Translations under genes and position numbers: made by a program
NCBI GenBank assembly: GCA_938045545.1
Contig: CALIBN010000006.1
Location: 1 to 64,000 of the forward strand
Origin: an uncultured archaeon
GTDB taxonomy: Archaea > Thermoproteota > EX4484-205 > JAAOZP01
Direction of reading: 5' to 3'
DNA: 64,000 nucleotides
Shown: piece by piece, positions 28,950 to 38,986 of the stretch
Layout: the number at the start of each line of letters is the position of its first letter
Position numbering within the stretch: position 1 is the stretch's first letter
The notes under the pieces: model-generated
What the model saw: the letters and a program-made list of their open reading frames with translations, nothing else
What the model was told of the DNA's origin: nothing
Database searches by the model: none

Positions 28950-30083
28950 TTGAGAGCCTGGCTCTGCATGGTTAAGACGGATCCTCACGATCATCACCTA
29001 TATAGGATTAGGCTTGGCGAGCTGAGGGAGCTGAGTATTGCAGCCGGCTACAGCGTTGCCGGTTCTACGATACAGGTTAGCCCAAAGGAGAATGTTGCAT
29101 TCATGCTTGGGAGAGGCAAGCTGGAGGAGGTGAAGCAGCAGGCTGCTGAAAACAGTGTTGAAAGCGTAATCTTCTACAACGTGTTGACCAGTAAGCAAAA
29201 GTATAATCTTGAAAAGACACTGGGCTTGGAAGTGCTGGACAGGTATGACTTGACGCTCAAGATTTTCGAGATTTCATCTTCAGATAGGCTTTCCAAGCTT
29301 CAGATAAGGCTTGCCAGGCTTTTGAAGGAAATACCATACAGGAAGCTGTTGGCATCCATAAGGTTTAAGACTGGGAGGGAGCACCCGGGCCCCAGGAGCC
29401 TGGGAGAGTATGCTTACCACGAGACTGTTGCAAGCCTTTTGAAAAGGAGGTCGATGATTCAGGCGGAGATTGAGAAGAGGAGGCTTGAAAAGCTTTCCCA
29501 GCTTAAAAGAAGGAGGGAGATGGGCGTGCCTACGGTTTGCATAACCGGCTACTATAATGCTGGGAAAACAACGCTCTTCAACTCTCTCACAAACCTCAGT
29601 AAACCTGTCAGCCCAAGACCGTTCACAACGCTAACCAGCAAGTACTACCTGCTCCCCCACAGGAAGCTTGAAATTTTCCTGGTTGACACGATAGGGTTTG
29701 TTTTAGACCTGGATCCCAGGCTGATCGCATCCTTCAGCCTAACGCTTGACGACATAAGGCTCTCAGACCTTGTAATTCTCACCGTGGATGTAAGCGATCC
29801 TTCAGACCTTCTGCTCCTAAGGATTAAGACTTGCCTGGACGTCCTTAAAAGCCTGAGTGTTGAGGATAAGAGGCTACTGGTTGTTTTCAACAAGTGTGAC
29901 CTTGCAGCGGGCAGCGAAGAGGTAAAGTTGAAGATTGACCGCGCGTACCCTATTATCCACAACCTGCCTTACTGCCTGGTTTCCGCAAGGCTGCGTGAAG
30001 GCTTGGATGAGCTCATGAATCTAGTAGCATCCCTGCTCGACAATATTGCGGAGCCCGTTTTACAGAGAAACATATTCAACTAG
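28950..30083 (+). CDS. hflX: GTPase HflX
   Basis: GRGKLEE, VLDRYDLTLKIF, G1 GYYNAGKTT, PFTTL, DTIGF, NKCD. Confidence 0.9.
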   Translation: MRAWLCMVKTDPHDHHLYRIRLGELRELSIAAGYSVAGSTIQVSPKENVAFMLGRGKLEEVKQQAAENSVESVIFYNVLTSKQKYNLEKTLGLEVLDRYDLTLKIFEISSSDRLSKLQIRLARLLKEIPYRKLLASIRFKTGREHPGPRSLGEYAYHETVASLLKRRSMIQAEIEKRRLEKLSQLKRRREMGVPTVCITGYYNAGKTTLFNSLTNLSKPVSPRPFTTLTSKYYLLPHRKLEIFLVDTIGFVLDLDPRLIASFSLTLDDIRLSDLVILTVDVSDPSDLLLLRIKTCLDVLKSLSVEDKRLLVVFNKCDLAAGSEEVKLKIDRAYPIIHNLPYCLVSARLREGLDELMNLVASLLDNIAEPVLQRNIFN

Positions 30084-32856
30084 CCTTTCAACAGCTCTTT
30101 CAGCCTCTCGTTTAACTGCATTAAATCCTCCTCTAATTCGCTGCTAAGCGTTAGATACGCTTCCTCAGTGATCCCGCCGGATTCCCTCAAGTGTTGCAGT
30201 CTCTTAAGTTTCCTCATTATCGCTCCTCTTCTCCCCCTAATCTTCTTAACCTGGATGAGCACTTCGGGCGAGGGGCCTCCAAACCTGTGTCTCCTGAAGA
30301 ACGGCTTCTTAACCAGCTCCAGCAGGATGAAGTATGAAACTAGGATTATTGCGACTATAGCTAGGAGATAGGCTGAGGGTGCTGTAAATTTGAAGGCTTC
30401 GCCGACAGGAGAATAGACTATGAAGATCACCGCTAGGAAGACTATTTCAGTCGTACCGACCAGCCAGCCGCTCGGCTTAGAGCGGTAGAAAGGCAGGTGG
30501 GTCCTTATTGAAAAAGTCACGAACATTTCTGAAAGCACTGATTCTAGAAACCATCCTGTTCTGAAAAGCATCTGGAAGATTTCTGAGTTCAGATCGTAGT
30601 GGAGTTGCAGGAGTATTCTGAGCGCCTGCATCGTTAGAAGGTCGAACATTGTGCTTATTAGGCCGAAGAACATCATTGCTTCTGAAAGGAACCTTATGTT
30701 CCATCTTTTCGGCGACTTTAAATACTCTTTGTCAACATTATCCGTTGAAATCATCAGAAGTGGGGCGTCTGAAAGGAGGTTTAGGAGAAGAACCTGTGTC
30801 GGGAGGAGTGGGATAAAGGGGAGGAGAACGGATGCGAAAGCTACGGTAAGCATGTTTCCAAAGTTCGCGCTCAACGTGTTCAGAACATACTTTATGGTGT
30901 TGCCGAATATTCTCCTTCCCTCGATTACACCGTTCGCTATCACGCCGAGCCTTTTTTGAAGCAGGATGATGTCGGCGGCATCCTTAGCCACGTCCACAGC
31001 AGTATCGACCGATATGCCTACGTCTGAAACCCTTAGCGCAGGTGCGTCGTTCACCCCGTCCCCCAGAAATCCAACCACGTGGCCGTTTTCTCTCAGCGCC
31101 TTTATTATCTCAACCTTCTGTTCAGGCGTGACGCGTGCGAAAACATTATGTTTTTCAACAACCTCTTTCAACTGTTCCCCGTCCATCCCCTCAAGCTCGC
31201 TTCCAGTAATCACCCTTCCCCCCTCTATTGGGAGTCCCACCGACCTGCAGACTTCTGCAGTGACATTCGGATCGTCGCCGCTTACAATCTTAAGGTTGAT
31301 CCTCAGTCTCCTGAACGCGGTCATCGCCTTGATAGCGTCTTTCTTCGGAGGGTCCAGAAACGTTATGAAACCCATGAAAGTTAAGCCGTTTTCATCCTCC
31401 GGGGAAAACTTCTTACCGGATTCCACTTCTTCCTCAGAAAGCTCCTTTACCCCTATGCCTATAACCCTGTAGCCGGACCTACTCCAGCTTGAGCATATTT
31501 CTTTAAGATTCTCCTCCAGGCTTGAAATCGGCTCGTTAGACTCAGAAACATGCACGTCTTTACACGCCGAAATAACCGACTCAGGCGCCCCCTTGCAGAC
31601 TAAAAGGTATTTCCCATCCTTCTCAACCACCACGCTCATCCTCCTTCTTGAAAAGTCGAATGGAATTAGCTGTATCCGCTTATACGCCGCAACCCTGCCG
31701 TGTCCAAACTTTCTAAGAACATAGTTGTAGATCGCTGAATCTATGGGGTTTCCTACTGCTTTCCCTCTTTGAACCGTGACGTCGCACGCTACTGCTGCAA
31801 GCTCGACGACTGTTTCAGAAGGCCTGTTGTCGACAGTAAAATAGTTTTCAACAGTAATCACGTTCTCGGTTAGGGTACCTGTTTTGTCAGTACATAAAAC
31901 ATCCATATTGCCGATGTCCTCGATGGATTCCAGCCTCTTCACTATGACCTTCTTCCTAGCCATTTTTAGAGAACCCATTGAAAGGCTTACTGTTATTACG
32001 AATGGAAGCGCCTCAGGGGTTATTCCCACTGCAAGAGCCAGCGCGAAAAGCAAAGAGTCTATCAACGGCCTCTGGAGGAGTGCGTTCGCTGCGAAGACGA
32101 ATCCCGTCATCACCGCGACTATTTCCACCAGGAACCTGCTGAACCTTGAAATGCTTCTGGAGAATTCTGTTTCGCCCGTTTCCTCAGCAAGGTATTTCAC
32201 AGCCCTTCCGAAGAATGTCTGCTTCCCAGTTGAGACGACTATACCTGTTGCTGCGCCGGAGATAACGCTGGTGCCCATGAAGACAAAGTTGGAAAGCTCT
32301 TGGGGAACGGGTTTAGCCTTAATCGGGTTGAAGTTTTTTCAACAGGCAATGACTCTCCTGTTAAAGTCGACTCGTTTGTAGTGAAGTTTTCACACGATAT
32401 TAGTCTTATGTCCGCCGGAACTATGTCGCCGACTGTAAGCTCTACAATATCCCCTGGTACGAGTTGAGACGAATCTATCACCATTTTCTTACCGTCTCTT
32501 ACAACCTTTACGCTATACCTGACGTATCTCCTTAATTTTTCAAGGGCTTTTCCAGATCTTCTTTCCAATACGAATCCGATTAGAGAGTTTACAATTACTA
32601 TGATGAGGATTATAATGGCGTCCGTCAGCTCCCCTGCGAACGCTGCGATGAGGGTTGCGAAAATCAATATGTAGACTAGGGGGCTTCTAAACTGGGAGAT
32701 GAATAGAAAAAGGGAGGATAATCTTTTACTGGTAGCAGCCTCGTTTAAACCGTACTCCCTAAGTCTACGGTCCGCCTCATCCCTACTGAGCCCTTGGGGA
32801 GTGGTCTTTAACTCTTCGAAAACCTGTTCAGGGGGGAGCTCCCATATGTTTCTCAT
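30080..32856 (-). CDS. mgtA: Mg2+-translocating P-type ATPase (P3B/MgtA-like), frameshifted near 32325-32340
   Basis: YGLNE, LTGES, PEALP, DKTGT, KGAPE, GDGVND, SANFGN, FRTGWFLES. One extra base in the A6 or C3 run joins ORFs 32239-32856 and 30080-32278. Confidence 0.88.
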
Positions 32857-33005
32857 ATTCCCCGTTAGCCTTAGAACGACCTATATAGGTTTTGTAACCG
32901 TCTTCCAGCGTGCGCTCTCTGCAACAACTTTATAAAGCATCGACCTGTTTCCTATGCATCACGCTGGCTTGAGGTTTGAAAAGCTCTTAGGCAGGAAACG
33001 AGGGG

Positions 33006-33689
33006 ATGTTTTTGAGAGTTAAGATTGCCGCTTCAATACTGTCCGCGGATTTCGCTAGGCTGGCTGAGGGCGTAAAGCAGGCGGAGTCAGCCGGAGTGGA
33101 TCTGCTTCACATAGACGTTATGGATGCGCATTTCGTGCCAAACATGACGATAGGACCGCCTGTAGTGAAATGCATCCGGAAGGAGACGAGGCTCCCCTTG
33201 GAGGCTCACCTTATGGTGGATAAGCCAGAATGGTTTATCAACGAGATGGCTAAGGCAGGAGTTGATATCATAACCATACACGTCGAGTCCACTCGCAGAC
33301 CTTTGAGCCTTATAAGGAGAATCAGAGAGCTCGGGGTCAAGCCGGGGGTTTCGCTAAACCCTGGCACTAAGGTTGGTAAAATCACGAGGCTGCTTGACAG
33401 CGTGAGCATCGTCCTTGTTATGACCGTCAACCCAGGCTTCGGCGCTCAACGATTCATGCCCGAAACGCTTCCAAAGATCACCGCGGTAAGGAGAAGCCTT
33501 TTTTCGAAGAGCCTGAGCAATGTGGATGTTGCTGTCGATGGGGGTGTGAACGTTGATACTGCGCCATTAGCTGTTAAAGCAGGTGCGACGATGCTTGTAG
33601 CCGGCTCCGCAATATACGGGTCTAACAATGTTGCAAAGGCGGTTAAAGATTTGAGAAAGAGTGTTGAGGGAGTACGCTGGGAGCCTTGA
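33006..33689 (+). CDS. rpe: Ribulose-phosphate 3-epimerase
   Basis: ASILSADF, HIDVMD, FVPN, HLMV, MTVNPGFG, VDGGV, VAGSA. Confidence 0.95.
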   Translation: MFLRVKIAASILSADFARLAEGVKQAESAGVDLLHIDVMDAHFVPNMTIGPPVVKCIRKETRLPLEAHLMVDKPEWFINEMAKAGVDIITIHVESTRRPLSLIRRIRELGVKPGVSLNPGTKVGKITRLLDSVSIVLVMTVNPGFGAQRFMPETLPKITAVRRSLFSKSLSNVDVAVDGGVNVDTAPLAVKAGATMLVAGSAIYGSNNVAKAVKDLRKSVEGVRWEP

Positions 33690-34810
33690 GGCCTGCAATA
33701 TTTTACGACAGCATGACTTGCGATGAGGCAGGGATAAAACTGGCCGCTCAGGAAAAGGGAATAGTGCTTGAGACCGTAAATTTTCCAGTGACGGTAAACA
33801 TGCTTGGAGGCGTTGGAGAATACTCTCCGGTTATAAACAGGTGTCAATCTAAAGCGAGAAGGGAGAGAGCATCGTTCCTGCTGGAGGAGGAAGGGTGTAG
33901 AGTGATAAATGCCTTTGAAGTTGAAACCGTCTGCAACAATAAAACGTTCACTATCGCGAAGTTCATTAGAAACGGAGTTAAAACCGTTAAGACTGCATAC
34001 GTTCCTTTCGCCGTCGAAAAAGAAGGGGAGAAACCCGTATACAGGGTTGAAGACATCAGTAAAGTAGTTGAAAGAATAGAGTTTTCATTCGACTACCCGT
34101 TGGTTGTTAAGCCTGAAAGAGGCAGCCGGGGGAGGAACGTCATGCTGATTGAGGAGAGGAAGCAGCTTGAAAGCGTGCTTAAAAGATGGGTTAGAAGCCT
34201 AGACAGTCCTTCAGGCCTGCTGGTGCAGAGTCTCGTGAACAAGGCTTTCGACTTAAGGATAGTAGTGGTTTCTTACGATGGGGTTAATCATGTCTGTATA
34301 GCGTCTCTGGCAAGAGTCCCTTCCTCGAGAGAGGCTTTTGCAACGAACACTGCCATGGGTGCCGTGCCCGTAGGCGTGAGTATTCCTGGAAGGATTTGGA
34401 ACGAGGCTGTCAAGGCTGCCGCGGCCGTTTCAAAGAAAATAGGTGTACTTGGGGTTGACGCAATACCTGAGGCGGATAATGAAGCTGTCGAAAAAGTTGT
34501 CGAATACGCTAATATCCTTGCACCCGTTCATGAGCGGGTTAAAAGGCTTAAGGAGTATTTTTCCAGAAGCGTCAGGCTCCCGCCGGAGAAGTTTCTAGAG
34601 GCCAGGGGGAAGATGGATGAAGCTTTCAAAGAAATGTTTAGAACGCCGGAGTACGTCAAGCTTAGAAGCTTTCTGGAAGAGGTTTTGGACGATGCGGATG
34701 TCTACTTCATAGAGGTTAATTCTCGCCCAGACTTCTACATTAACACTAGGAACTGTACGGGGGTGGATGTTTCAGAAGCATACGTAGAATGCTTAGAGGC
34801 GATGCTTTGA
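33686..34810 (+). CDS. RimK/LysX-like ATP-grasp ligase with large helical insertion
   Basis: VINR, CNNK, PLVVKPERGSRGRNV, DLRIVVV, ATNTAMG, LGVD, IEVNSRP. Confidence 0.78.
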   Translation: MRPAIFYDSMTCDEAGIKLAAQEKGIVLETVNFPVTVNMLGGVGEYSPVINRCQSKARRERASFLLEEEGCRVINAFEVETVCNNKTFTIAKFIRNGVKTVKTAYVPFAVEKEGEKPVYRVEDISKVVERIEFSFDYPLVVKPERGSRGRNVMLIEERKQLESVLKRWVRSLDSPSGLLVQSLVNKAFDLRIVVVSYDGVNHVCIASLARVPSSREAFATNTAMGAVPVGVSIPGRIWNEAVKAAAAVSKKIGVLGVDAIPEADNEAVEKVVEYANILAPVHERVKRLKEYFSRSVRLPPEKFLEARGKMDEAFKEMFRTPEYVKLRSFLEEVLDDADVYFIEVNSRPDFYINTRNCTGVDVSEAYVECLEAML

Positions 34811-34823
34811 ATTTTTCGACTAG

Positions 34824-36005
34824 CTATATTGTAAAGCCGAGAAGCAGGAACTTTGCGGCAGCGTACGCGCCTACGAAAAGTATAGCTTTAACCCATTGGA
34901 ACTCATGAACAACCCTGAGCGATATGGCAAAAAGGAGGAACTGCCATATTGATATGGCTATGATTAGAACCTGAACTATCGGGCTAATCTTCTCGTTTAT
35001 AAGGTTGACTAAAGGCCGCGGGTCAGGGCTTTGCGCCACCTCCGTGTAGAAGCTTGAAGAAATCTCGTAGCTTTCCACCTTCATACGCGCATCGTAGACA
35101 TTCAAAGTCACGGTGTACGGTATGGACATGTTTTCTTGAACCGGTGAGACATAGGTGTTGTTCAGGAGCAGGGTTAAGTCAACAGTGAACCTCTTAACGC
35201 AATCCCCTGTGCAGTAGTCTCCGCTGTCAAAAACGTTTTTCATTATCAATGGAGTGTCATAGTTTATACTTGTACCGTTTAACCAAATGCGTTTCATGGT
35301 CTTATTAATTCCCGATAAGGTTACCGCAGCATAAGTAATATTGATTTCTCCTTCAACTATTCTAGTGGTCCCTATTATCGCGCCGGTGCTACTAATCGTA
35401 GCGTTTAACGGGATGTCATAGTAACCTCTGACCCTTATTGTTAAATTGGACTCTTCCCCAACGTAATCCCTTAAACCTATGACTATGTTATCCTCATACT
35501 GTCCTCTCGCAGGATAGCCTACGAGTGTGAGAACCCCTGTTGGAACCGCTGGCGTAGACAGGATCAGTAAAATGATAATCACAAGGCCCAAGACATTGGG
35601 GAAGTGCACATAGCCTGTTACAGAAATGCCCTGTTTAAAGTTTCCATATCCGCCTATAAGTCTTCCGCTCGAGAAAATAAGCAGTAACAGAAGTATGCCG
35701 AACAAGACTATAATTATGTATTGCATCAACCGGAATTGAATAAGACTGTTTACGAAAGAATCTATCTGCCCCGTGTAGAAAGCTGCCGGAATATCCATTT
35801 TCACCCTATAGAAAACATAGTATTGAGCAAAAGTTAATATCACGAGGATCGGCGGGATGACCGCCATTGGAAGAACGCTGGGCGAATCCTTGACTCGGAG
35901 AAACGCTTCCTTCGGATTTATGATTACTAGCAGAATTTGCCTCAGAAAACGACGTGGGGCTGGCGCCTCTTCCTCCTCCTTCAAACCCTCTTGCTCAACA
36001 GACAA
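34824..36005 (-). CDS. Yip1-family membrane protein with large glycosylated extracellular insert (TTG start at 36005)
   Basis: IINPKEAF, GYGNFKQ..VTGYVHFP, final helices WQFLLFAISLRVVHEFQWVKA. Seven N-x-S/T sequons in the insert. Confidence 0.7.
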   Translation of the reverse strand: MSVEQEGLKEEEEAPAPRRFLRQILLVIINPKEAFLRVKDSPSVLPMAVIPPILVILTFAQYYVFYRVKMDIPAAFYTGQIDSFVNSLIQFRLMQYIIIVLFGILLLLLIFSSGRLIGGYGNFKQGISVTGYVHFPNVLGLVIIILLILSTPAVPTGVLTLVGYPARGQYEDNIVIGLRDYVGEESNLTIRVRGYYDIPLNATISSTGAIIGTTRIVEGEINITYAAVTLSGINKTMKRIWLNGTSINYDTPLIMKNVFDSGDYCTGDCVKRFTVDLTLLLNNTYVSPVQENMSIPYTVTLNVYDARMKVESYEISSSFYTEVAQSPDPRPLVNLINEKISPIVQVLIIAISIWQFLLFAISLRVVHEFQWVKAILFVGAYAAAKFLLLGFTI

Positions 36006-36117
36006 TTTTGACGGTTCTTCACCGCGGCCATTATTAAACTTTTTAGACGCAGGGTTGCTGGAGCCAGAAAGTAAGCTTCTCGAAAAGTTTATTTGAAAAC
36101 TAGCGTAGAAAAACTGT

Positions 36118-37473
36118 GTGTCAGCGCCTAGTCGCCAAAATAGTGTCGATTGGATTTTCAAGTATTACTCTCAACCGAGGGTCATAGAGGATCTTTTAGA
36201 TTATGGTAGAAACAGGTGGATAGCTGTCGAAGGCAACTCCAAGGGAAGAGTCTTCATAAGGCATGGTAGAGACGGCTCGCCCCTTAGATTCGAGGATTCA
36301 AGCAGCGTAATCAGGCTGCTTAAAGAATTCTGGTTTGTTAAGCCTAGGTCTTTCTACGGCTCGGCTAACAAATACGGTAGGCTTTCGGCGAACGAGGACT
36401 TAGAGGATGTCTCCAACATTCTCCGTTCGACTCCAACCTGGGATGTTGACAACAGCGTTGAAAAGTGGCGCGAAACCCTGGCTGTTTGCAGGCTGATAGT
36501 TGAAACGCTTGAGAAGGAGAACGTTGTGAAGTCAGTGTATCTCAAGTGGAGTGGGAGAGGGTGTCATGTGCATGTTTCTGAAGAAGCTTTTTCCAGGGAG
36601 TTTCTTAAAAAGCATCATCCTCTTGACGCTGCTTTCGCGGTAGTCGAGTACGTCACCAGGATTGTTAAGCCTAGGCTTAATGCTCTAGCTGCCGGCGCCA
36701 AGGTTGAGAACAAGATGGATTTGAAACGGGTTTTCACGCTTCCGCTCTCGCTCCACAGGAAGCTGGACTCCGCATGCGTCTGCTTCAAACCCGATGAGAT
36801 CAACGTCTTTGATCTCTCATGGGTGGACCCTAGAAACTTTAAGCATAAACCCGCCTACAAGGATTTTGAAGCGGGAGAGGCAGACGGGCTTGCTGAAAAA
36901 GCTTTATCTTCCGTCGGAGGGTATTTCAAAAGGGTGGCTCCGATGTCTTCCAGCAGAGTTGGCAGCAGGAAGGATGAGGCACCTAGGCTTGGAAGGTTCC
37001 AGGTTATGGCGTTGCTGCAGGCTGCCCGATGCTTCCTTTTAACCGGGGACATTGAGAAATCCAAGTCTTTCGGTTTAAACAGGGCAATATTCTACGCTTG
37101 GGCTAAGCATAGAGGGGTTGAGGCAAAGAAGCCTCCTGGCGGAAGAGGAGTTGTAAAGCATGAAAAACGGGTGGGGGAGGTGAATATGTTCTATTTGGGG
37201 AACGAGGCGGCCTACTTGTCTGACGACGGGTGGCTTACAATAGGTGACGCTAAGCAGACTCCGCAGGACTATGATGCCCAGATAGCCAAGAGGATAAACA
37301 GCGTCATTCCCTATGAGGAGGCTTGGAGGAGAGCCCTTGAATACATTGGAAGATTCCCGCGAGAGACTCTGCTTGACCAACAGAAGTTTTTCAACCAGGT
37401 TTACAAGCCTGTGAGAGACTCGTTTATCGAAACAGTCTACAGAAGGGAAACCGGCTCAGGAAGCAGCGTTTAG
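36118..37473 (+). CDS. AEP (PriS-like primase/primase-polymerase) domain fused to an uncharacterised helical C-terminal domain
   Basis: Motif I WDVD (D109, D111); motif II SGRGCHVH; motif III region D201..RVFTLPLSLH. C-terminal RFQVMALLQAAR..SFGLNRAIFYAWAK domain. Confidence 0.78.
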   Translation: MSAPSRQNSVDWIFKYYSQPRVIEDLLDYGRNRWIAVEGNSKGRVFIRHGRDGSPLRFEDSSSVIRLLKEFWFVKPRSFYGSANKYGRLSANEDLEDVSNILRSTPTWDVDNSVEKWRETLAVCRLIVETLEKENVVKSVYLKWSGRGCHVHVSEEAFSREFLKKHHPLDAAFAVVEYVTRIVKPRLNALAAGAKVENKMDLKRVFTLPLSLHRKLDSACVCFKPDEINVFDLSWVDPRNFKHKPAYKDFEAGEADGLAEKALSSVGGYFKRVAPMSSSRVGSRKDEAPRLGRFQVMALLQAARCFLLTGDIEKSKSFGLNRAIFYAWAKHRGVEAKKPPGGRGVVKHEKRVGEVNMFYLGNEAAYLSDDGWLTIGDAKQTPQDYDAQIAKRINSVIPYEEAWRRALEYIGRFPRETLLDQQKFFNQVYKPVRDSFIETVYRRETGSGSSV

Positions 37474-37496
37474 AAAGTTAAACAAAAGCACTAAAT

Positions 37497-38813
37497 CTAA
37501 TCGTTATTTTTAGCGATTTTCCTTAACGGGTCTGTTTCCACGTATTTTATTAGTATTAGCAGGCAGGGGATTAATGTTACTGAGGACACTGGGCCCCATA
37601 GCAGTAGCCCCATAGAGTAGGTCTGACCCTGGGCAGGGGGCAGGTCTGCCAGGATGCCGGAAATGTAGCGGGCTAAGGCTTGCAGTATGTTCAACGGCAC
37701 GCTGACTAAGCCCACGTAGCTGCCTGCACGGGCCTCCCTCTTCGTGACCTCGTCTTCCTGCGCCATGTCTGCTGTAACAGGGTTCGGCAAGAGGTACCAG
37801 CCTGAGATCCCTGCTCCGACGAACGCGACAAACAGGACTGCTTGAACCATGCGGGGGACAGGGTCTAGGGCTGGCTGGCCGAAGACTAATGTGAGGGGCA
37901 GGAAGACCACAAGGATCATTAGAGATGTTACCAGCGGCTTCTTCTTCCCGGTTCTCCTCGCTATCCTGGCCCATACGAAGAAAAGCACTATTGTTAGAAG
38001 GAGCATTAGGCCTCCTGCCATCATGTACTCAACATCCCCTAGGCCCAGAACCCTCTGCAAATAGCTTATAACTAGGCTTGCTAGAACAGCTGTTGGAATC
38101 GACATGGCTCCTTGGAGGGCAAGCCACGCCCTGTAGTTCCTGTTGCTCCAAAGTATTGACAGCTCTCTTCGCACATCCGGCTTCGGAATAGGCTTCTCCT
38201 CCTCCCTTATAGTTAAGACAGCCGGCATGTATAATGCTATTTCTAAAACAGCTAGGCCAAGTAGCAAACCCAGATAGGAGAAGGAGCCGGTTTTCAGAAG
38301 GGAAGGAAGCAGGAAGCCAACAGGTATCCCGACGACCTGCGCCATCATGCCGAAAATATTTTGATACGCTGAAACGATTACTCGTTCTTCAGGGCTAACG
38401 ATTTCCGCAAGCCACGCCATATAGGGTGTGCTTAGAAGCCCGTAGCTCATGTTCGCAAGGCTAAGGAAAAAAGTCGCGTAAGCGAATAACTGTGCCTCAT
38501 CGGAAACCGATATGAAGTAGCTTGGCATGAATATCATTATCGTTGAGAAAGCTAGAAGCAGACTCCCCGCTAAAACGTATTGCCGCCTTCTACCCCATCT
38601 TCTCGACTTGGTCACGTCACTCAGATAGCCAAAGTACCAGCCGAAAAAGGCTATGACAAGCTTTCCGGTGGCGAAGGCAACACCTGTTAAAAACCCGCTT
38701 AGCTTAAGAAAATCCCAGTAGAACCAGAATGTTGCGAGATCTATGAGAGACAACAGGATGGAGGACCCAAGCCTCCCCATAGCGTAAATCAGCTTTCCCC
38801 TCCCAGTTAACAA
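37497..38813 (-). CDS. MFS transporter, GPH (melibiose/sugar:cation symporter) type
   Basis: GYLSDVTKSRRWGRRR, PYMAWLAEI..ER, ADMAQEDE...REARAGSY; 12 TM helices. Confidence 0.88.
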   Translation of the reverse strand: MLTGRGKLIYAMGRLGSSILLSLIDLATFWFYWDFLKLSGFLTGVAFATGKLVIAFFGWYFGYLSDVTKSRRWGRRRQYVLAGSLLLAFSTIMIFMPSYFISVSDEAQLFAYATFFLSLANMSYGLLSTPYMAWLAEIVSPEERVIVSAYQNIFGMMAQVVGIPVGFLLPSLLKTGSFSYLGLLLGLAVLEIALYMPAVLTIREEEKPIPKPDVRRELSILWSNRNYRAWLALQGAMSIPTAVLASLVISYLQRVLGLGDVEYMMAGGLMLLLTIVLFFVWARIARRTGKKKPLVTSLMILVVFLPLTLVFGQPALDPVPRMVQAVLFVAFVGAGISGWYLLPNPVTADMAQEDEVTKREARAGSYVGLVSVPLNILQALARYISGILADLPPAQGQTYSMGLLLWGPVSSVTLIPCLLILIKYVETDPLRKIAKNND

Positions 38814-38986
38814 CCGTGATTCACAACTGTGATGGACTGCAACACATGTATAAATGTTTTTGCAAACTGGTTATAAGCCAGCTGAGAGCTGGGGAACACG
38901 TATCCTTCGGAAATGACTTTTCGAAATCACATTTTGAGAGCCATTTTTAAATACTGTTAAGGCTTTTTAAAGCTGGTGGATGGAAA

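Noticed and set aside
29278-29321. Imperfect tandem repeat CTTCAGATA(A)GGCTT.CCA.G inside hflX
   Set aside because: Only two copies, inside an intact coding region; not CRISPR-like.
36006-36161. N-terminal extension of the 445-aa Yip1 ORF
   Set aside because: It overlaps the divergent promoters and the AEP start. The TTG at 36005, with a TATA element about 30 nt upstream, is more plausible.
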